From IMG/VR virus record IMGVR_UViG_3300022857_000586, positions 1 through 25,603 of that record: a stretch of 25,603 nt of DNA; one strand, written 5' to 3'. This DNA is from a virus (Duplodnaviria; Caudoviricetes). The position numbers and the translations under genes were made by a program. The notes under the pieces were generated by a model. That model saw nothing but the letters and a program-made list of their open reading frames with translations. It made no database searches and was not told the DNA's origin. Numbering within the stretch: position 1 is the stretch's first letter; every line of letters begins with the position of its first letter. Positions 23,729 through 25,603 of this stretch are shown one piece after another.

Positions 23729-25603
23729 TTATAGATCTTCTTCAGGATCTTCTTCATCATTTTCTAATGGTTCGGTCCCTACCGGAAAATTTCCACCTTC
23801 TACTGGTACGTCACCGGGAGCACCAAATTCGGGAATTGCTGATCCCATCTCGGAACCCGCGCCCGTTCCATCAGGAGGAACACCCATTCCACCACCTTCT
23901 GGGCCTCCACCACCTTCTAATCCTTCTTGGGCATCAGCCATTGCCTCTAAATGATCTCTCCAATTTGGCCCCATTTGACCAATTTGCATCAATTCCCATT
24001 GTAGGGCAGCATCTTTACGCAACCATGCCATATTTTCAGAAATCTTATCATCGGTAAGACCAAGATAATATCTCTGTGCAAAGGTTTTCGAGATTGATTC
24101 GTTTTGAGCCATGTTCGAGAAATTGTTATATTTCAAATCAAACAATTGTTGCTGTCTTATTGCAAAATAACTAGATGGTGGTGTAAATTCTAAATCAAAA
24201 TTAGATTCATGTAGTCCGTATTCTTTCCACCAATCTCTAAGTTTTAAATGAGTGACAAATGACGCTTTAAATCCTTGAGCAAATGCTCGTTGAATTCTAA
24301 TGATAAATTTGGCAAATCTAAGCTCTTCTCGCAAGATTTCTGCGCCATCGCTAAAACTTTGCTCTGGGTTTAGTCTGCTAGTAGGAACTTTTAAAGATTG
24401 ATAAAGTTTTTTAACGAAATATTGCAAGTCGGCTAGTTCGCCTAATGATCCACCACCCGGAAGTGACTCAACGTTAGACCCATCTTCACCTTTTCTTCGA
24501 GCAAACCAATAATCATCCAACATGGACATAGGTTCGTATACATTAGACGCACCGGGAGACTGGCTCGACCCGTCATAAGATTTTCTATTCCTATACTGAT
24601 GCATCATCTGTTTAATATATGCTTCTGCCTTTGCTGGTGGCAATGTTCCAACGTCGATAGTGAATTTCAATCGTTCTGGTGCTCTAACCATTCGATAAAT
24701 GATAATAGCATCTTCGATGAGTGAAACTTGCTTGTAGGCTCTACGACAATTCTCTAAAAATGGAATTCTGATTGTAAAATCTTCATTCCATATACCAGAA
24801 TGGATATATGTAATTTGTTTTCCTTCTAACGTTAAGATCTGTTGTTGTAAAGAATTAACCGGATTGGTATTCTTCATGTTCGGTGGAACATTTGGATTGG
24901 ATTGAATATCAACAGGCTTTTGAAATAAGAAATTTTGAATTACCGTGTTTTGAACATTGTCATATACTGGATTGATAAGATCTCCGGGAACTGTTATTGC
25001 ACCAACAATGCCAAGATTGGTTTTTTCTTCATGAATAACATTTTCAAAGAAGACTTCTCCCTCAGTAAGCCAATTTCTACAGTAAGCCCAACCCTTTCTT
25101 TGGATTTCAAAAATATTAATGAATCGATAGAATTCTTTTTCGATCTCTGAGCGTTCTTCGGACTCTATCTTGTTAAAATTGTTAAACTTGATTGAAATAG
25201 CTCGTCCATTATCATCAATATTAACAAAGTCATCGCAAATTTCATCCAAACAATCAGAAACTTCTGCAAATGCGGCCATTCTTCGATATTCCGATAACCT
25301 ACGTGGTTTATCGGTGTCCAAAGCGGCGTAAATATACTGATGATATCCTTTATCGGTATTAAATGCACTAGGAGAGAATTGATCCTGCCAAGACTGATCC
25401 ATATAAGGACCAGTGATGACAGATTGCCTCATTATTTTGGCTTCACGATTCTTAGTTAATCTACTAAATAACTCATATTTTGGATTATTTTCATCAACGT
25501 CCTGAACAATCTCAGCATAAGGCAATTTTTGTAGTAAACTTGAGACGAACCCTCTACCTTGATCTGTTTTTCCGCCAGCCTGTGAAAATGCGTTTGATGC
25601 CAT
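23729..25603 (-). CDS. gp20: Portal vertex protein, T4 gp20-like
   Basis: YRRMAAFAEVSDCLDEICDD, IEDAIIIYRMVRAPERLKFTIDVGTLPPAKAEAY, MSMLDDYWFARR, LPGGGSLGELADLQYF, ILREELRFAKFIIRIQ. Confidence 0.98.
   Translation of the reverse strand: MASNAFSQAGGKTDQGRGFVSSLLQKLPYAEIVQDVDENNPKYELFSRLTKNREAKIMRQSVITGPYMDQSWQDQFSPSAFNTDKGYHQYIYAALDTDKPRRLSEYRRMAAFAEVSDCLDEICDDFVNIDDNGRAISIKFNNFNKIESEERSEIEKEFYRFINIFEIQRKGWAYCRNWLTEGEVFFENVIHEEKTNLGIVGAITVPGDLINPVYDNVQNTVIQNFLFQKPVDIQSNPNVPPNMKNTNPVNSLQQQILTLEGKQITYIHSGIWNEDFTIRIPFLENCRRAYKQVSLIEDAIIIYRMVRAPERLKFTIDVGTLPPAKAEAYIKQMMHQYRNRKSYDGSSQSPGASNVYEPMSMLDDYWFARRKGEDGSNVESLPGGGSLGELADLQYFVKKLYQSLKVPTSRLNPEQSFSDGAEILREELRFAKFIIRIQRAFAQGFKASFVTHLKLRDWWKEYGLHESNFDLEFTPPSSYFAIRQQQLFDLKYNNFSNMAQNESISKTFAQRYYLGLTDDKISENMAWLRKDAALQWELMQIGQMGPNWRDHLEAMADAQEGLEGGGGPEGGGMGVPPDGTGAGSEMGSAIPEFGAPGDVPVEGGNFPVGTEPLENDEEDPEEDL

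Noticed and set aside
2977-25368. The other 60-122 aa ORFs nested in or antisense to the major genes (e.g. 16254-16559, 17469-17759, 23689-24057)
   Set aside because: Almost entirely contained in well-supported genes, with no motifs or promoter boxes.
2071-25603. Stop-codon reassignment, since no intact gene ends in TAG
   Set aside because: All conserved genes are full length in code 11 with no in-frame TAG or TGA; TAA preference is expected at this AT content.

Overview
AT-rich window from a large T4-like (Tevenvirinae-related, deeply diverged) myovirus, read in the standard genetic code and holding most of the virion morphogenesis module, mainly on the minus strand. Order in the direction of transcription: portal (gp20), neck (gp13), a frameshifted PD-(D/E)XK nuclease remnant, head-completion nuclease (gp4), an acidic plus-strand ORF, prohead protease (gp21) interrupted by a 364-aa LAGLIDADG intein, a small core protein, scaffold (gp22), major capsid (gp23), a terminator, a Hef-like free-standing endonuclease, small terminase (gp16, plus strand), clamp loader (gp44), baseplate gp25 and gp6, two giant PKD/beta-propeller baseplate proteins, and a tail fibre that runs off the left edge and is missing from the ORF track. 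Most notable: (i) the tail fibre appears to start at ATT behind a ~90-nt structured leader, while most other genes have a TAAnTA late-promoter box only 5-16 nt before ATG and no Shine-Dalgarno sequence; (ii) an intein sits beside the catalytic His of the maturation protease; (iii) outer virion proteins are enriched in an L/I-S-A tripeptide; (iv) an ATGA-coupled nuclease remnant carries an A8 frameshift; (v) the fibre tip is GC-shifted and looks mosaic. All family assignments come from motif recognition; no database search was run.
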